Shown here piece by piece: positions 32,734-43,858 of a stretch of 64,000 nt of DNA. The stretch lies in assembly GCA_963702425.1 (NCBI GenBank), contig CAVPCQ010000016.1:195347-259346 (forward strand), read 5' to 3'. Positions within the stretch are counted from its first letter, which is position 1; each line of letters starts with the position of its first letter. The stretch is from an uncultured Acidobacteriota bacterium (GTDB lineage Bacteria; Acidobacteriota; Polarisedimenticolia; J045). The notes beneath the pieces were generated by a model. It did no database searches. It saw only the letters and a list, made by a program, of their open reading frames with translations, and was not told where the DNA came from. The position numbers and the translations under genes are program-made.

Positions 32734-33246
32734 TTGATCAACGGGAAGCTCGCTCGCGGGATGCTTGCCGGTTACTACCGCACGCGCCTCGCACATGCGG
32801 GCCGCGGATCGCGGATCGGGCTTGGCACCACGATCCTCAATCCCTCCGTGATCTCGATCGGCGACGACGGGTACACCGGCCCCGGTGCCTTCACCGCGCC
32901 TCCAACATCGATCGACATCGGACGCCAAGCAATGTTCGGCCCTCAGGGCATGCTGATTGGCGGGGACCACGATCTTTCAAACAACGCGATTCCGCTTCGC
33001 TTCGCACCGGCCCCGCCGAACCCGCCCCCGATCGTAATCGAGGACGACGCTTGGATTGGTGCGAAGACGACGATCCTGAGGCGGGTTCCCATTGGGCGCG
33101 GGGTTGTGGGCGGGGCCTGTAGCCTCGTTGTGGGGGACATCCCGGCCTGGAGCGTTGCCGTCGGCAACCCGTGTCGCGCGCTGAAACGCCGTGAGCCGCC
33201 GCCTTGCGCGGCGTCGGTCCCGCTGATGATCGGCCCTGAGGAATAG
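32734..33246 (+). CDS. Hexapeptide-repeat O-acyltransferase
   Basis: IVIEDDAWIG, IGRGVVGGACSLVVGDIP, VAVGNP. Confidence 0.82.
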   Translation: MINGKLARGMLAGYYRTRLAHAGRGSRIGLGTTILNPSVISIGDDGYTGPGAFTAPPTSIDIGRQAMFGPQGMLIGGDHDLSNNAIPLRFAPAPPNPPPIVIEDDAWIGAKTTILRRVPIGRGVVGGACSLVVGDIPAWSVAVGNPCRALKRREPPPCAASVPLMIGPEE

Positions 33247-33284
33247 TGCTGGCTCACAATCGCGGACGGAAAGATGTTGAGTGT

Positions 33285-35599
33285 ATGAGATCCTGCTGCG
33301 TGGGAATCGTGCTCGTTCTGATGGCCGGGGCCAGCCTGGGCGCCCCTCCGGGCACCGTCGTCTCATCAATCGGGCCGCTCACGAGCCTGGCGCCCTCGGG
33401 CATCCAGCTACAGGGTGAGATCGGGCGCCGGTTCGGCGCGTCGATCGAGAACCGTTTGCTTCGGATTGAAGTCGATCAGCTACTCGCCTGCTTCGAGCGT
33501 CGGGACTGCACCGGTTCATGGGACGGGGAGTACGTAGGAAAGTGGCTCGACGCGGCCTCACTTGCGTACTCGGTCACGCGAAACCAGCGTTTGCTCGAGC
33601 GCATGGATGTCGTCACTCGCCGCCTGATCGCAACGCAGGACACCGACGGATACCTCGGAACCTACCCACGGGGTCGACGATTTGTGTTCGAGGATGTCTA
33701 CACCTCCGATGTGTGGGTCCACCGCTACGTCCTGATCGGATTGCTCAGCTACTACGAGGCGACTCGAGATGCGGCGGTGTGGGCGGCGCTGACGCGCGCC
33801 GCTGACCTGCTCGTCGAGACGTTCGGCGACCGCCCCGAACAACGGAGCATCCTCGCGGTCGGGTACCACCAAGGGCTGGCCGCCACTGCCGTCCTGGAAC
33901 CGATGGCTCGGCTCTACGCGTTCTCGCGGGAGCCGCGCTATCTCGAGTTCTGCCGGGCAATCGTCCGAGCGTGGGACTCGCCTGGTGGACCGCGGCTGCT
34001 GAGCCACCTCCTGTCACGCCAGCCGATCCAGGACCTCGCGGGTGGGAAGGCGTACGAGATCCTCGCCAACGTCGTCGGCCTCGTGGAACTCTACGACATC
34101 ACCGGGGACCGAGAACTGCTCACCGCAGCCGTCAACGCTTGGGAGGAGGTGTCGCGCGAGCAGCTCTACGTGACCGGTGGCTCGAGCCGGTTCGAGCGAT
34201 TCCAAGCGCAGGGACCCCGACCGTACACCGCCGCTGACGATGTGCAGGAAAACTGCGTCACGGTGACGTGGCTCCGCCTGAATCACCGTCTGTTGCAAGT
34301 GACGGGCGAGGCGCGCTTCGCGGAGTCCTACATGTGGACCGCTTGCAATCAGCTGTTAGCCTCTCAGGCGAGGGACGCCTCGCAGTGGTGCTACTACTGC
34401 CCGCTCGCCGGCAGGAAGCCCTACACGCCCTACCTGACGTGCTGCTCCAGCAACGGTCCACGCGGGATCGCGTGGTTCGCGGATAACAGCGTAATGACGG
34501 CGCCGAGTGGACCGGCGGTCCTGCTCTACGCACCGGGCTCCTATGGCTTCGTTACGCCCGGCGGACGCAACGGAACGCTCCGGATCTCGGGGGATTTCCC
34601 CTTCGGTGATCGGGTCACGATCAAGGTCGAGATCGAGGCCCCTGAGCAGTTCTCACTGAATCTGCTCACCCCTTCGTGGGCCCGGGGCGCGACGGTGGAG
34701 ATCCCCGGCCGCACCCCCGACGCTTCCCGAATGGGCCAGCCTTTCTCGCTGTGCGGCGCAAGTGGACCGACGGCGACCTACTCGCAGTCGACTTCCGGTT
34801 TCGAGCACGCCGCATACCGCTCGAGCAACCCCATCCTGGTTTGGGGGCGCTCGCATTGGGGCCGTTGGTTCTCGCCTATGACGCGGCCGCTAACCCGAGC
34901 CACCAGGGAATCGAGTTCCAGGACCTGCTGCTCTCGCGGGTCCGCGTTGGCGCCCTCCGGCTCTCGGCGACTGGGAATCGGGGGGGGTCTGGCCCCGTCT
35001 ACGAGGTGCCGGTACGGGGCTCCGGGACGGCCTCGTCGGTCTTTCTGCTTCGTCCGTGGGCCCTGGCCGGCGACGGAGGCTCCTACGTACGAGTCCTGCT
35101 TCCGACGCGTAGTCCCTCGGCAGACGAGGCTCCGTGGTCGCTCTTCGCGTACTGGTCGAACGCGAGCCAATCGGTTCTCGGAAATGTCTCCGGGTCCTTC
35201 AACGACGACCTGACGACCAGCTATTCTGTGACCTTCAATGGCGGCCCGCAGCCCGATGCGTGGTTCGCGCTCGAGGCGCCCCAGCCGCTCACCTTCACCC
35301 GGGTCACCTACTGCCACGGCCAGGTATTCCACGACGGCGGGTGGTTTGATGCCGCGGCTGGCGGTCCACGCTTCGAGATCAAACGGACCCGAGACGGAAC
35401 CTGGGAGGACCTCGCACCGGTGGACGGTTATCCTGCGACAACTGCAACGAATCCATCCTCGCTCGTGGCGGGCCAGTGCTTCAGCACGGTGGTTCCGCAG
35501 ACGGTCGCCATCGCCCTTCGCGTCCGTGGACGACCGGCTACGGGCGACCTGCCAGCGCAGAGCTTCACGTCATGCGCTGAACTCCAAGCCTGGCCTTGA
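33285..35599 (+). CDS. Secreted GH127 (beta-L-arabinofuranosidase-like) glycoside hydrolase with C-terminal beta-sandwich domain; frameshift ~34750
   Basis: GEYVGKWLDA, QDTDGYLG, KAYE, YVTGG, ENCVTVTW, TCCSSNGPRG (Zn/Cys motif), GPLVLA. Confidence 0.85.
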
Positions 35600-37398
35600 C
35601 CTCGATGGAACAAGGGTTTCCGGCAATCGCAAGGGCAGTATGCTCCGGACGTGCTCTCTTGGGGCTCGGACCACTGTGTCCAGCCGGTGCGCCGAAAGTA
35701 CCGCTCGCGACGGTGGTCGGGAGTCGCGCTCACCAGACCTCGGGATTCCCGGGACGGTTCAGCCAGCAGGACGGCGCGACAACAGCCGCGTCACAACCGC
35801 CGCCGCAGCCGTACGGCCGCTCGATCAGCGGCGGTTCGTCCTTCGTCGCCGCCCTGGTGGCCGCACTCGCTGCGCTGAGTTTCCTGCTCGTACCTGCAGA
35901 GCACCGGGTTCGCTGCTACTCGGACGATGGGTTGTTCTACGGCATTATCGCTACGAATACCGTCAACGGTTCGCCCTTCAGCTTTGACGGCGGTGTCTCT
36001 CGCACCACCGGTTTTCATTGGGGTGGGCTCATTGGCCCCGGCGCCGTAGCCGCGGTCCGGCGCATGTTGAGCGGGCCCTTCTCGTACCGCGAGTTCCACC
36101 ACAATCTGTTCACCTTCGACGTTCTAGCGACCTCTGGAGTTGCGTTTGCTCTCGTTTGGCGAGTCCGACAGCGCATCCGCTCGCCGTGGATCACGGCGGC
36201 GCTCACGGGGGCGCTGTGCCAGACGCTATTGTTGGGTTTCGGCATGGAGACCACCGTCGCCGCGTTGTGCCTCACGCTGTTCCTCATCGAGGCGTCGGCT
36301 GACGCGCGTCTCGGGCTGCTGTTCGGGTTCGGCGCCGCGTTGGCGCCCGCGCGGCTGGATCTAGTCCCAGCTGCGGCGGCGCTCGGTCTTATCGGCATCG
36401 TCTTGGGAAACGGCCGCAGGCGCTTCCAGGCGGTGATTGTCGCGGAGTCGGGACTTATCTTCGGAGTCGTTTTGGTCTTCGTGGCCAACGCCCTGGTGGC
36501 GGGTGAGCCGCTATCGACGAGTTTCTTCATCAAGGGGAGCCACGCCAGGATGTCGGTGAGTGACCTTGGCGCCGCGCTTGCCACGAAGTGGCCGTTCGTC
36601 ATTGGTTTCGCGTCCATGATCAGCTTTGGTCTGTTGACTCGTCGCTCCGCCGGAACGAACGCGGCGCACGAGAGCTCCGAGACTAGACAGGGTCTGGTCT
36701 TACCCGTTGCCGGCGCGCTGCTCCTGATGCAGACGGCGGTACAACGGTCTCTTGGTGGGAACAACTTGGGCAGTTGGTACGATGTGTCGTGGATGACGCT
36801 TTTTTTCCTATCAGGGGCGCTCTTGGCGCAAGACATTGTGGACCGACGGGACAGATGGCGCGTGCCCGCACTCGCTTGTGTGGCTCTTGCCATTGCAGTG
36901 CTGATTCCGCGTGAAGCAGTACGTATGCGATTGCACCTCGAGACCGAGGCGGCGAATGAGTACTACTCGTCCCTCGAGGAGTTTGGCGCCCGACTGCAGG
37001 CGCTTGTCTCGCCTGATGCTCGGATCGGCGTAGACGACATCCCAGGGCGCCTGACATATTTCGCCAGGCGCCATGTAGTGGCGCTGGACGGATTGGTGAA
37101 CGACCCCGAGTATGCGCGGCGCTGGTTGCTTACTGGGCGGGTGGCGGAATACGTCGAGTCGCACCTCGACTACGTCGTGCTTCTTGTCGACGATGCGCAC
37201 CTGCGCATGCTCGAGGCCAAGTTGCATGATGGCGCAACCGAGCTCGTGTTGCCGATCGGGTTTCTGAAGAAGACGACCATCCCGGCGAGTCAATGTCGAT
37301 TCGAGGCTGGCGATATTGCACTGCGTTCGCTGTGCCGAGGCTCCTGGGCCGAGCTCTGGCTCGTCAAGGTGCGGCGGACCCTGTTGGGGGCCGAGTGA
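35596..37398 (+). CDS. Polytopic membrane protein, GT-C-like glycosyltransferase candidate
   Basis: DDGLFY..IA.N, T.GFH, GMET, ARLD, LDGLVN; many TM helices; true start probably downstream. Confidence 0.6.
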   Translation: MTSMEQGFPAIARAVCSGRALLGLGPLCPAGAPKVPLATVVGSRAHQTSGFPGRFSQQDGATTAASQPPPQPYGRSISGGSSFVAALVAALAALSFLLVPAEHRVRCYSDDGLFYGIIATNTVNGSPFSFDGGVSRTTGFHWGGLIGPGAVAAVRRMLSGPFSYREFHHNLFTFDVLATSGVAFALVWRVRQRIRSPWITAALTGALCQTLLLGFGMETTVAALCLTLFLIEASADARLGLLFGFGAALAPARLDLVPAAAALGLIGIVLGNGRRRFQAVIVAESGLIFGVVLVFVANALVAGEPLSTSFFIKGSHARMSVSDLGAALATKWPFVIGFASMISFGLLTRRSAGTNAAHESSETRQGLVLPVAGALLLMQTAVQRSLGGNNLGSWYDVSWMTLFFLSGALLAQDIVDRRDRWRVPALACVALAIAVLIPREAVRMRLHLETEAANEYYSSLEEFGARLQALVSPDARIGVDDIPGRLTYFARRHVVALDGLVNDPEYARRWLLTGRVAEYVESHLDYVVLLVDDAHLRMLEAKLHDGATELVLPIGFLKKTTIPASQCRFEAGDIALRSLCRGSWAELWLVKVRRTLLGAE

Positions 37399-37469
37399 CA
37401 ACAGGACCGGCGGGCGAGCGGGGCGGGGGGCCAGGCGGCGGGGCTCTTTGTGGAGTCTCGGGGCCTGGC

Positions 37470-37743
37470 TCAGCTCAGTCTAGCCTCCAGCATGACCCGC
37501 CGCGGCAACTGCTGGCACAATGTCCTCTGCGAGAGCTTCTTCGCGGCCCTCACGGTCGAGCTTGTCTACCGGAACCGCTGGAATCACCGGCCAACCGCGC
37601 AAGCCATGATTGCCGAGTATATCGAGCGGACTCCATTACCCCCGGCATCGGCACTCCTCGCTGGGCTACCTGAGCCCTGCCGACTGTGAGAAGGTCCATG
37701 ACCGCACCGCAATTGAGCTGTTCACTTTGCCGGGGGAAGGCCA
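37470..37743 (+). mobile_element. IS3-family transposase 3' remnant with right inverted repeat
   Basis: SMTRRGNCWHNVLCESFFAAL..EL and, after a frameshift, RHSSLGYLSP; ends ...TGTTCACTTTGCCGGGGGAAGGCCA. Confidence 0.8.
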
Positions 37744-37843
37744 CCCGAGCCCCACGGCGCCGTTGTTGGTCATCCGGACCGGCCGCGATTCCAGACCGGT
37801 CCTGACACTTGCGGAATGCGGCCCCACGGGGTATCCATCCCCA

Positions 37844-39283
37844 ATGCACGATCGGCGCCAGCTCATCCCGCTTGCCGGGCTCGCCTTGGCCTTCTCGGTC
37901 GCGCTATCATTTTACATTAGCGATCTTGACACGTTGAGCCTCGGGGCTGTCATGGCTCCGCTCTGGCTCATTGCCGCCGGTGCCTCCGTTCTAAGCCCGC
38001 CGGTCTTCGTGTTCATGCTGCTTGCGGTTTCCACCAATGGCTTCGGCTTGATCGACATGAGCCAGCAGTTGGCTGCCGATCTGCGTCTCGACGACGCAAC
38101 CCTTTTCTCATTGACTGCCGGGGTGATCATCTCCGCCTTGATGCGCATCGCCACCCGCCGCTTCGTTGCAAGAATCTCGGCATATTCGGCTCTCACGGCG
38201 TTGCTGCTGTCACTCGTGACGATCATCTGTGTACTCACTTCGATCCGGTGGGAGCAGGACCCTTGGCTCAGCGTGAAGGCGGCGCGCGAGTTCTTATTCT
38301 ATGCGTTCATCCTCCTGGGATCCCTGGTCGCATACTCGGAAAAGAACGTCCGGGGCGTCGTCCGGGCCATCGTCGTCGCCGGCGTGATCTCGTCGTGTGT
38401 TTCAATCGTCGGCTTCTTCGTCGATCTGAGCCCGTACTTGGCAGGCATCAGCACGCGCGGCGCCGGACAGACGATCACGTCGATCGAGTTCTATCGCACC
38501 ACGAATCCCGGGTATGCGGTCGACTTTCTCGCCCTCTTCATCGCGTACTTCGATCGAGTCGTTTTCCGGCCCGGGACGAGGACCCTCATCCTCGTCGTGA
38601 CGGGACTCGCCTCCATCATGATGGGGTACAGGGCATTCTGGATCGGGATCCTCGGTTCCGTGCTCTGGATCCTGTTCTTTGACCCGGAACGACGTCAGGC
38701 GTTCAAGGCGTCCGCGCGACGTGCTATCGGCGGCGCCCTGTTGGTGCTCATTGTGCTTATGGCTTTCAACGCACAGCGCGTCGTGACTCATCGGGTGGCT
38801 GTCATCCAGGAAGAGCTCGGGAAGACACAGTCGCTCGGGTACCGGGTCGAGGTGATCCGCGGGCTCTGGACGCTCTTCCAACGGAACGTCCTGTTGGGTG
38901 TCGGATTTGCGCATCCCGACGGTGCAGGTGCATCACTCGCTCCCAGCGTCGGGCTCCGCTCAACTGCAACGATCGATGTCGGCTGGATCGACCTCCTCGT
39001 GAAATTCGGCGTCCTCGGCGGGATAGCGCTTCTGCTGATCGCTCGACGCCTGCTGCGAGAACTGAGACTCGAACGGCGTCCGGGACTCGCCGACTTCGCA
39101 ACGGCGACCCGCGCCTACTTCATCATGGGCGTGTTCGCCCTACCCGGAGCTGCCATCTTCACCTGGCCCGGAGGGATTCTGCCTCTCGCTGTGGCGCTGT
39201 TCACCCTAGAGGCTAGCCGTCCGCATAGCTCTCTGGTCGCCATCCCGACCCGGACCCGGCCCATGGTGCAGCTCGCGCGCTGA
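37844..39283 (+). CDS. O-antigen ligase / Wzy polymerase family membrane protein
   Basis: Many TM helices; GYRAFWIG, SLGYR, LLGVGF, LLVKFGVLG. Confidence 0.72.
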   Translation: MHDRRQLIPLAGLALAFSVALSFYISDLDTLSLGAVMAPLWLIAAGASVLSPPVFVFMLLAVSTNGFGLIDMSQQLAADLRLDDATLFSLTAGVIISALMRIATRRFVARISAYSALTALLLSLVTIICVLTSIRWEQDPWLSVKAAREFLFYAFILLGSLVAYSEKNVRGVVRAIVVAGVISSCVSIVGFFVDLSPYLAGISTRGAGQTITSIEFYRTTNPGYAVDFLALFIAYFDRVVFRPGTRTLILVVTGLASIMMGYRAFWIGILGSVLWILFFDPERRQAFKASARRAIGGALLVLIVLMAFNAQRVVTHRVAVIQEELGKTQSLGYRVEVIRGLWTLFQRNVLLGVGFAHPDGAGASLAPSVGLRSTATIDVGWIDLLVKFGVLGGIALLLIARRLLRELRLERRPGLADFATATRAYFIMGVFALPGAAIFTWPGGILPLAVALFTLEASRPHSSLVAIPTRTRPMVQLAR

Positions 39284-39394
39284 GTGCCGGCGTCTGGAGG
39301 GCGCGCCGCGTCCAACGCAGAGCGAATCCACCCGACAGCTCGATGGCAGCCGTCCGCGCTCGCGTTGAAAATGAACCAGTTTCCGGGGGACACG

Positions 39395-40891
39395 TCACCC
39401 CGGAACGCCCGGTGCTCGCGCCGAGCCCGAACTGACAGGCGCGAGACTAAGGAGGGCCCGCACGGGTGAATAGGCGCTGAGGCCGAGCGTCGTCGTCGCA
39501 AGAGCGAGTTGCATCAACCAGAACCTCCCTCCCAGAAGCCAGCGCGCGGCAACGAACGGCATTGCAGCGACTGCGAGTCGCAGGAGTGTTCCTCGTAGGC
39601 CCCAAGCCCATCGGGCAAGGGAAATGCCGGCAAGTCGAAAGACCCATCCGATGTACCCGACATAGATCGCACAACCCACGGCGGAGAAGAGCGCAACCGC
39701 CGCGGTTGCCGAGCCCAGTCGCGCGCCGATCCAGATCGCGCCCAAGCGTGACGACGCCTCGGCAATCGTGATTAGGAGAATCGCGAACTGCTTCTGTCTC
39801 ACCAAGGCGAACGTGCTGATCGGACTCGCAACGAACGCAGCGATGTACATCGGCGCGAGAAGTTGCGAGTAGTATCCAGCTTCCCGCCAACTCCCTCCGA
39901 ACACAGCACCAAAGACGTCGGCCCCGTACAGTGCAAGAAGCGTGAAGAACGGAAGGCCTATCACTGTCAATACCTTCGCTGTGCGCGAAATGAAGTCCGT
40001 GCTGCCCGCTGGCGTCCCGTCCCTTTCCGCCACTGCTGGATAGAAGACCTGTCCCACGGACTGACCAATGACCACCACGGGTAGCCCAAGAATTCGCATC
40101 GACAGCGAGAAGAGCCCAGACGTTTCCGCAGAGAAGTAACTTGCGAGTTGGATTACCGGCAGCCCCATGCCGAGCGTCGTGATTAGAGCCGCGCTCGCGT
40201 TGTAGACCGGAAAGTCCCGATATTCGCGCACCAGCGACCAACGCGTCGCCCGGACGATGCTCCCCACTGTTGCGCCGGCGCTGGCCCACATCGGGCGCAA
40301 GCCGAACGCGAAGCTCGAAACGAACCCGACGATCAGCCCAGTCGGGCCTCCGAAGAGGCTCCCGGCACCGATCTGCAGCCCGCCCCGCGCTGCCGACTGC
40401 CAGGTGAGCGCACGGCCGATCACCGCAAAATGACCCTCGCGTCCCGCCCACGCGCGCAGCACCTGGAATAGCCCTCCGAACAAGACTCCGATCGGCAGCG
40501 CCCACAGATAGGGAGCTACTTCGACAACTCCGCGAGGAACCCACCCGGGACGAATGGCGACGGCAACGGCAACGGCAGCGGCGCTCAGGACCGTCGCCAG
40601 GAGGACCGCACAGAGAGATATTCCCAGAAGTCCTTCTGCCTCCTCGTGCCGCCGGGGAAGCGGCAATGCCATCTCGTAACGCAGGCTTGCGAATGAGAGT
40701 ACGATCATCAGGAGTGAAGAGAAGATCGAGAACACCCCAAAGGCAGCGGGCGAATACTGACGCGTGAGAATCGGCGACACCACGACAGCGATCGCCTGGG
40801 CAGTGACCGTCCCTCCGACGAGCGCCGCAACGCGTCCGACGAAGGGACGCGTCGCTAGCCTCTCCCGCAACGATGAAAAACCCCGCATCAT
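39395..40891 (-). CDS. wzx: Wzx polysaccharide flippase
   Basis: GTVTAQAI..PILTRQYSPAAFG, SLRYEMALPLP, EYRDFP, W.EAG.Y. Confidence 0.85.
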   Translation of the reverse strand: MMRGFSSLRERLATRPFVGRVAALVGGTVTAQAIAVVVSPILTRQYSPAAFGVFSIFSSLLMIVLSFASLRYEMALPLPRRHEEAEGLLGISLCAVLLATVLSAAAVAVAVAIRPGWVPRGVVEVAPYLWALPIGVLFGGLFQVLRAWAGREGHFAVIGRALTWQSAARGGLQIGAGSLFGGPTGLIVGFVSSFAFGLRPMWASAGATVGSIVRATRWSLVREYRDFPVYNASAALITTLGMGLPVIQLASYFSAETSGLFSLSMRILGLPVVVIGQSVGQVFYPAVAERDGTPAGSTDFISRTAKVLTVIGLPFFTLLALYGADVFGAVFGGSWREAGYYSQLLAPMYIAAFVASPISTFALVRQKQFAILLITIAEASSRLGAIWIGARLGSATAAVALFSAVGCAIYVGYIGWVFRLAGISLARWAWGLRGTLLRLAVAAMPFVAARWLLGGRFWLMQLALATTTLGLSAYSPVRALLSLAPVSSGSARAPGVPG

Positions 40892-42018
40892 TCTCGGAGC
40901 TTTCGGAGGTCCTGACAGAGTGCGTCGTAGTCAGCCGCGGTGACACGCATGTCGAACATCGACTCCACCCGGCGGCGTGCGCTACGCCCGTGAGACGACC
41001 GGAGAGCCGAGTCCGAGAGGTACCGCTCGAGCTGGGCCGTCAACTCCGCGCGGTCTCCAGGGTCGAAGAGAAGGCCAGCTTCCTCATGCGATACGACCTC
41101 GATGAGGCCTCCGGCGCGGGCGGCTATCACCGGCACGCCGCATGCCATCGCCTCAGCGGCGACCATGCCGAATGACTCGACTAGGCCGTTCGTTGGCACG
41201 ACTGCGATGTCACATGAGTTCCAGAAGGCGGCCATCTCGGTCTGTCGTCCGAAGAAGCGACATCGATCAGCGCCAAGCAGGTCCATCGCGAGTTGTTCGT
41301 ATTCCCTGCGGCACGGCCCCTCGCCGGCAAGGACCATCCGGAACGGGCGGTCGGAGCGCACCGCCGATGCAGCATGGAGTAGATCCTCGATCCCCTTCCC
41401 TTTGCCAAGACGGCCTGCGAAACCGACCGTTAGCTGCTCCCCCCCGCGATCTAGGCCATACGGGCGGAACTCGCTCACATCGACACCATTGTAGATGCGC
41501 TTCGTGAGTCGCGCGTGCGGCTTGCGGGACATCGCATCGAGGACGAAGTCAGACACGGCCACGCCGACATCGACGAGGTACGCTTGACAGAGGTCCCCGG
41601 CGTGCTCGAGTGCGCGCCTGGAATACGAATGCCAAAAAAGCCCCGTGTGCTCCACATGCACGATAGCTGCGTTGCGCTTGGCTAGACGCACGACCGGAGC
41701 GAGCGTTGCCGCCTGTGCGAGAATCACCACATGCGGATCAATCTGCCGGATCGCGCGGATGAACCCGTGAGGCGTTCGAAACACATGCGTGCCGCGCGCA
41801 AGACCAAGCTCAATGAGGGGCACTTCAGTCTGGCGGAGTCGCTGATCGAGAGGGGCAGCCGAGCACAACGTGAGGACCCGTGCGTCCAGCCCCCTCAGCC
41901 GGAGGTGGTGCGCGAGGCTCGCGGTCTGGGTCTCGGCTCCGCCAATGCTCCCGCTCCAGATGACGAGCGCGACGCGCATTGGGGGAGAAACCGTGCGACA
42001 GCCCTCACGCGCGCTCAT
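40888..42018 (-). CDS. GT4 glycosyltransferase
   Basis: GGAE, IYNGVD, ESFGMVAAEAMACGVPVI. Confidence 0.9.
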   Translation of the reverse strand: MSAREGCRTVSPPMRVALVIWSGSIGGAETQTASLAHHLRLRGLDARVLTLCSAAPLDQRLRQTEVPLIELGLARGTHVFRTPHGFIRAIRQIDPHVVILAQAATLAPVVRLAKRNAAIVHVEHTGLFWHSYSRRALEHAGDLCQAYLVDVGVAVSDFVLDAMSRKPHARLTKRIYNGVDVSEFRPYGLDRGGEQLTVGFAGRLGKGKGIEDLLHAASAVRSDRPFRMVLAGEGPCRREYEQLAMDLLGADRCRFFGRQTEMAAFWNSCDIAVVPTNGLVESFGMVAAEAMACGVPVIAARAGGLIEVVSHEEAGLLFDPGDRAELTAQLERYLSDSALRSSHGRSARRRVESMFDMRVTAADYDALCQDLRKLRE

Positions 42019-43370
42019 GGCTCCGCACCTTCGACACTCGGCCCGGACTCGCAAGACCGGCGTGGCGACCACGGCAGGTTCAGCAGTAGGAGCGCCGCGT
42101 CGAAAGGCATGCGGTAGCGCGGATCGGGAGACAGCAAGACCCCAAAGACGGTCGCAGTAGCCACGAATCCGACAAACACAGCGGCGCCCGGTCTACGCAG
42201 CAGGCTGGGAAGAAGCCATAGCACGCGCAAGAGAAGGACCAGGATCAGGAGATTCCACGCGAGTTTGGCGGCACGAACGGCGCCTCTTGCGGCTGGCGCG
42301 AGACTGGCGACTCCCGGATCCTCCTTGAAGGACGGCCAGGGGCGCCATGTTTCGAACAACATCCGCAGCTTCAACCGGAGCCACGCGCCCGGCTCGGCCT
42401 CCACGAACCGGCGTACTGCGGCGAAGCTGCGCGAAGACGCTGCGGCCTTCCCCCAGTCCTGTCCCACGGTCTTTCGATAGTCTGCCAGGTACTGCTGAGC
42501 CGTCCGTGTCCCGTCGAGGTACCCGAGGCTGAACTCGCAGTTCCCCCGCCAGAGGATCTCTGAACCCCCGTCCGTGATCAGGAGAAGTCGCCCCTCCTGG
42601 CTTGAACGTAGCGCAGCAACGGGGAGGATAACGGCCGCCATCGCGATTGCCCCCGTGGAGGCCCTGAGGAGACGTCGATTCGCGGACCCTCGCGTCGCTT
42701 GTATGACCCAGTAAGCGAGAACTGGGATAGCGAGGAGTAGCAGATTACTCCGGAAGAACGCTGCGAAACCCAGAAGCAAGCCGCAAAGCGGGCGAGACCA
42801 CTTCCGCCACTCTGGGTACTGCACGTCGTGGAGGAACGCGAGCATGGCGAACGCTGCGATGGTTGCAGTCAGTGCATCGGTCGTCAACGCGAAGGAAGCA
42901 CGTGCGTGGAAGGGATGCAGGACCGCAACACTCGCGGCCAAGATCGCGTAGAACATGCGCCCGGTCACTTGCCGCGCGGCGAGGAAGATCGCAACAGGAA
43001 ATAGCGCGTTCAGGACGCCAACGAGCCAGCGGATCTCGGCGATGGAGAAGTTGAGGTGCATGAGGAGGCCAAGCAGGTATGGGAGAGCCGGCGCTCGGAA
43101 CTCCTCCGGCCATTCCTTGTCAGGGCCGCCGTCGAACGTTCCGCTCGTCGCAATGGAGTGTGCGATCCGTAGGTAGTCTCGCTCGTCTGGGTATTGGAAT
43201 CCAAGGCCCCCGGAGAATAGGACCGCGCGAACTAGAAGGGCAGATGCGAAGACTAGTCCGGCGATTACCACGATACCGCGGCGCGCCGGCCTGGATGGTT
43301 GCCCTGCATCTCCACGCGGAGAGGCGTCGTGTCCGCGGATGGGGGCTGAAGCGGGAATCAGCGACGACAT
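42015..43370 (-). CDS. ArnT/GT39-like (GT-C) membrane glycosyltransferase
   Basis: PDERDY..IA, FRAP, multiple TM helices, PRYRMP. Confidence 0.68.
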   Translation of the reverse strand: MSSLIPASAPIRGHDASPRGDAGQPSRPARRGIVVIAGLVFASALLVRAVLFSGGLGFQYPDERDYLRIAHSIATSGTFDGGPDKEWPEEFRAPALPYLLGLLMHLNFSIAEIRWLVGVLNALFPVAIFLAARQVTGRMFYAILAASVAVLHPFHARASFALTTDALTATIAAFAMLAFLHDVQYPEWRKWSRPLCGLLLGFAAFFRSNLLLLAIPVLAYWVIQATRGSANRRLLRASTGAIAMAAVILPVAALRSSQEGRLLLITDGGSEILWRGNCEFSLGYLDGTRTAQQYLADYRKTVGQDWGKAAASSRSFAAVRRFVEAEPGAWLRLKLRMLFETWRPWPSFKEDPGVASLAPAARGAVRAAKLAWNLLILVLLLRVLWLLPSLLRRPGAAVFVGFVATATVFGVLLSPDPRYRMPFDAALLLLNLPWSPRRSCESGPSVEGAEP

Positions 43371-43858
43371 GTCCCCAGCCTACCGCTCTCTTCCCTCACG
43401 ACGATGATGTCCGCCGACGCGAGCGGTCGCCGCCCCCCGAGGAGTCCCGAAAGCCCGGTTGAGCGCATGCAGTGAGTGTATGCGCTCGATCGTCCCAGGG
43501 CTATCCATGGCCTTGGCGACCCGTCCGTCCGACTCCTCCCCTCAGGGCCAGCCCCCATGTTGGACCGGGCGGCCACGCCCTGCTCGCTTCCCACGCCCCG
43601 CGGAATCACTGCGGCCCGTTTCCCGAGGCTCCATTCGGCCCCCGAGTCCTGGCGCGGCGAGCCGGCTCGTCAGGACGGGCGCCCGACCCGCGTTGCAGAT
43701 CGACCTCCCGTTACCCCGCGAGCTGCACCCGCCGATTCGGGTTGCCTCCGCGTCGCTGGCCGTAGTACCGTCTCTGAGCGGAGCGAGTGTGGCATCTCAT
43801 CTGTTTCGGTGCGCGCCGATCACCCGGACACCACAGTCGGTAGCGCACGGGTAGGCGC

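Noticed and set aside
43376-43387. ops-like element AGCGGTAGGCTG (minus strand) before the GT-C/GT4/wzx block
   Set aside because: One mismatch to a short GC-rich consensus, no JUMPStart hairpin and no NusG paralog in the window; chance is likely.
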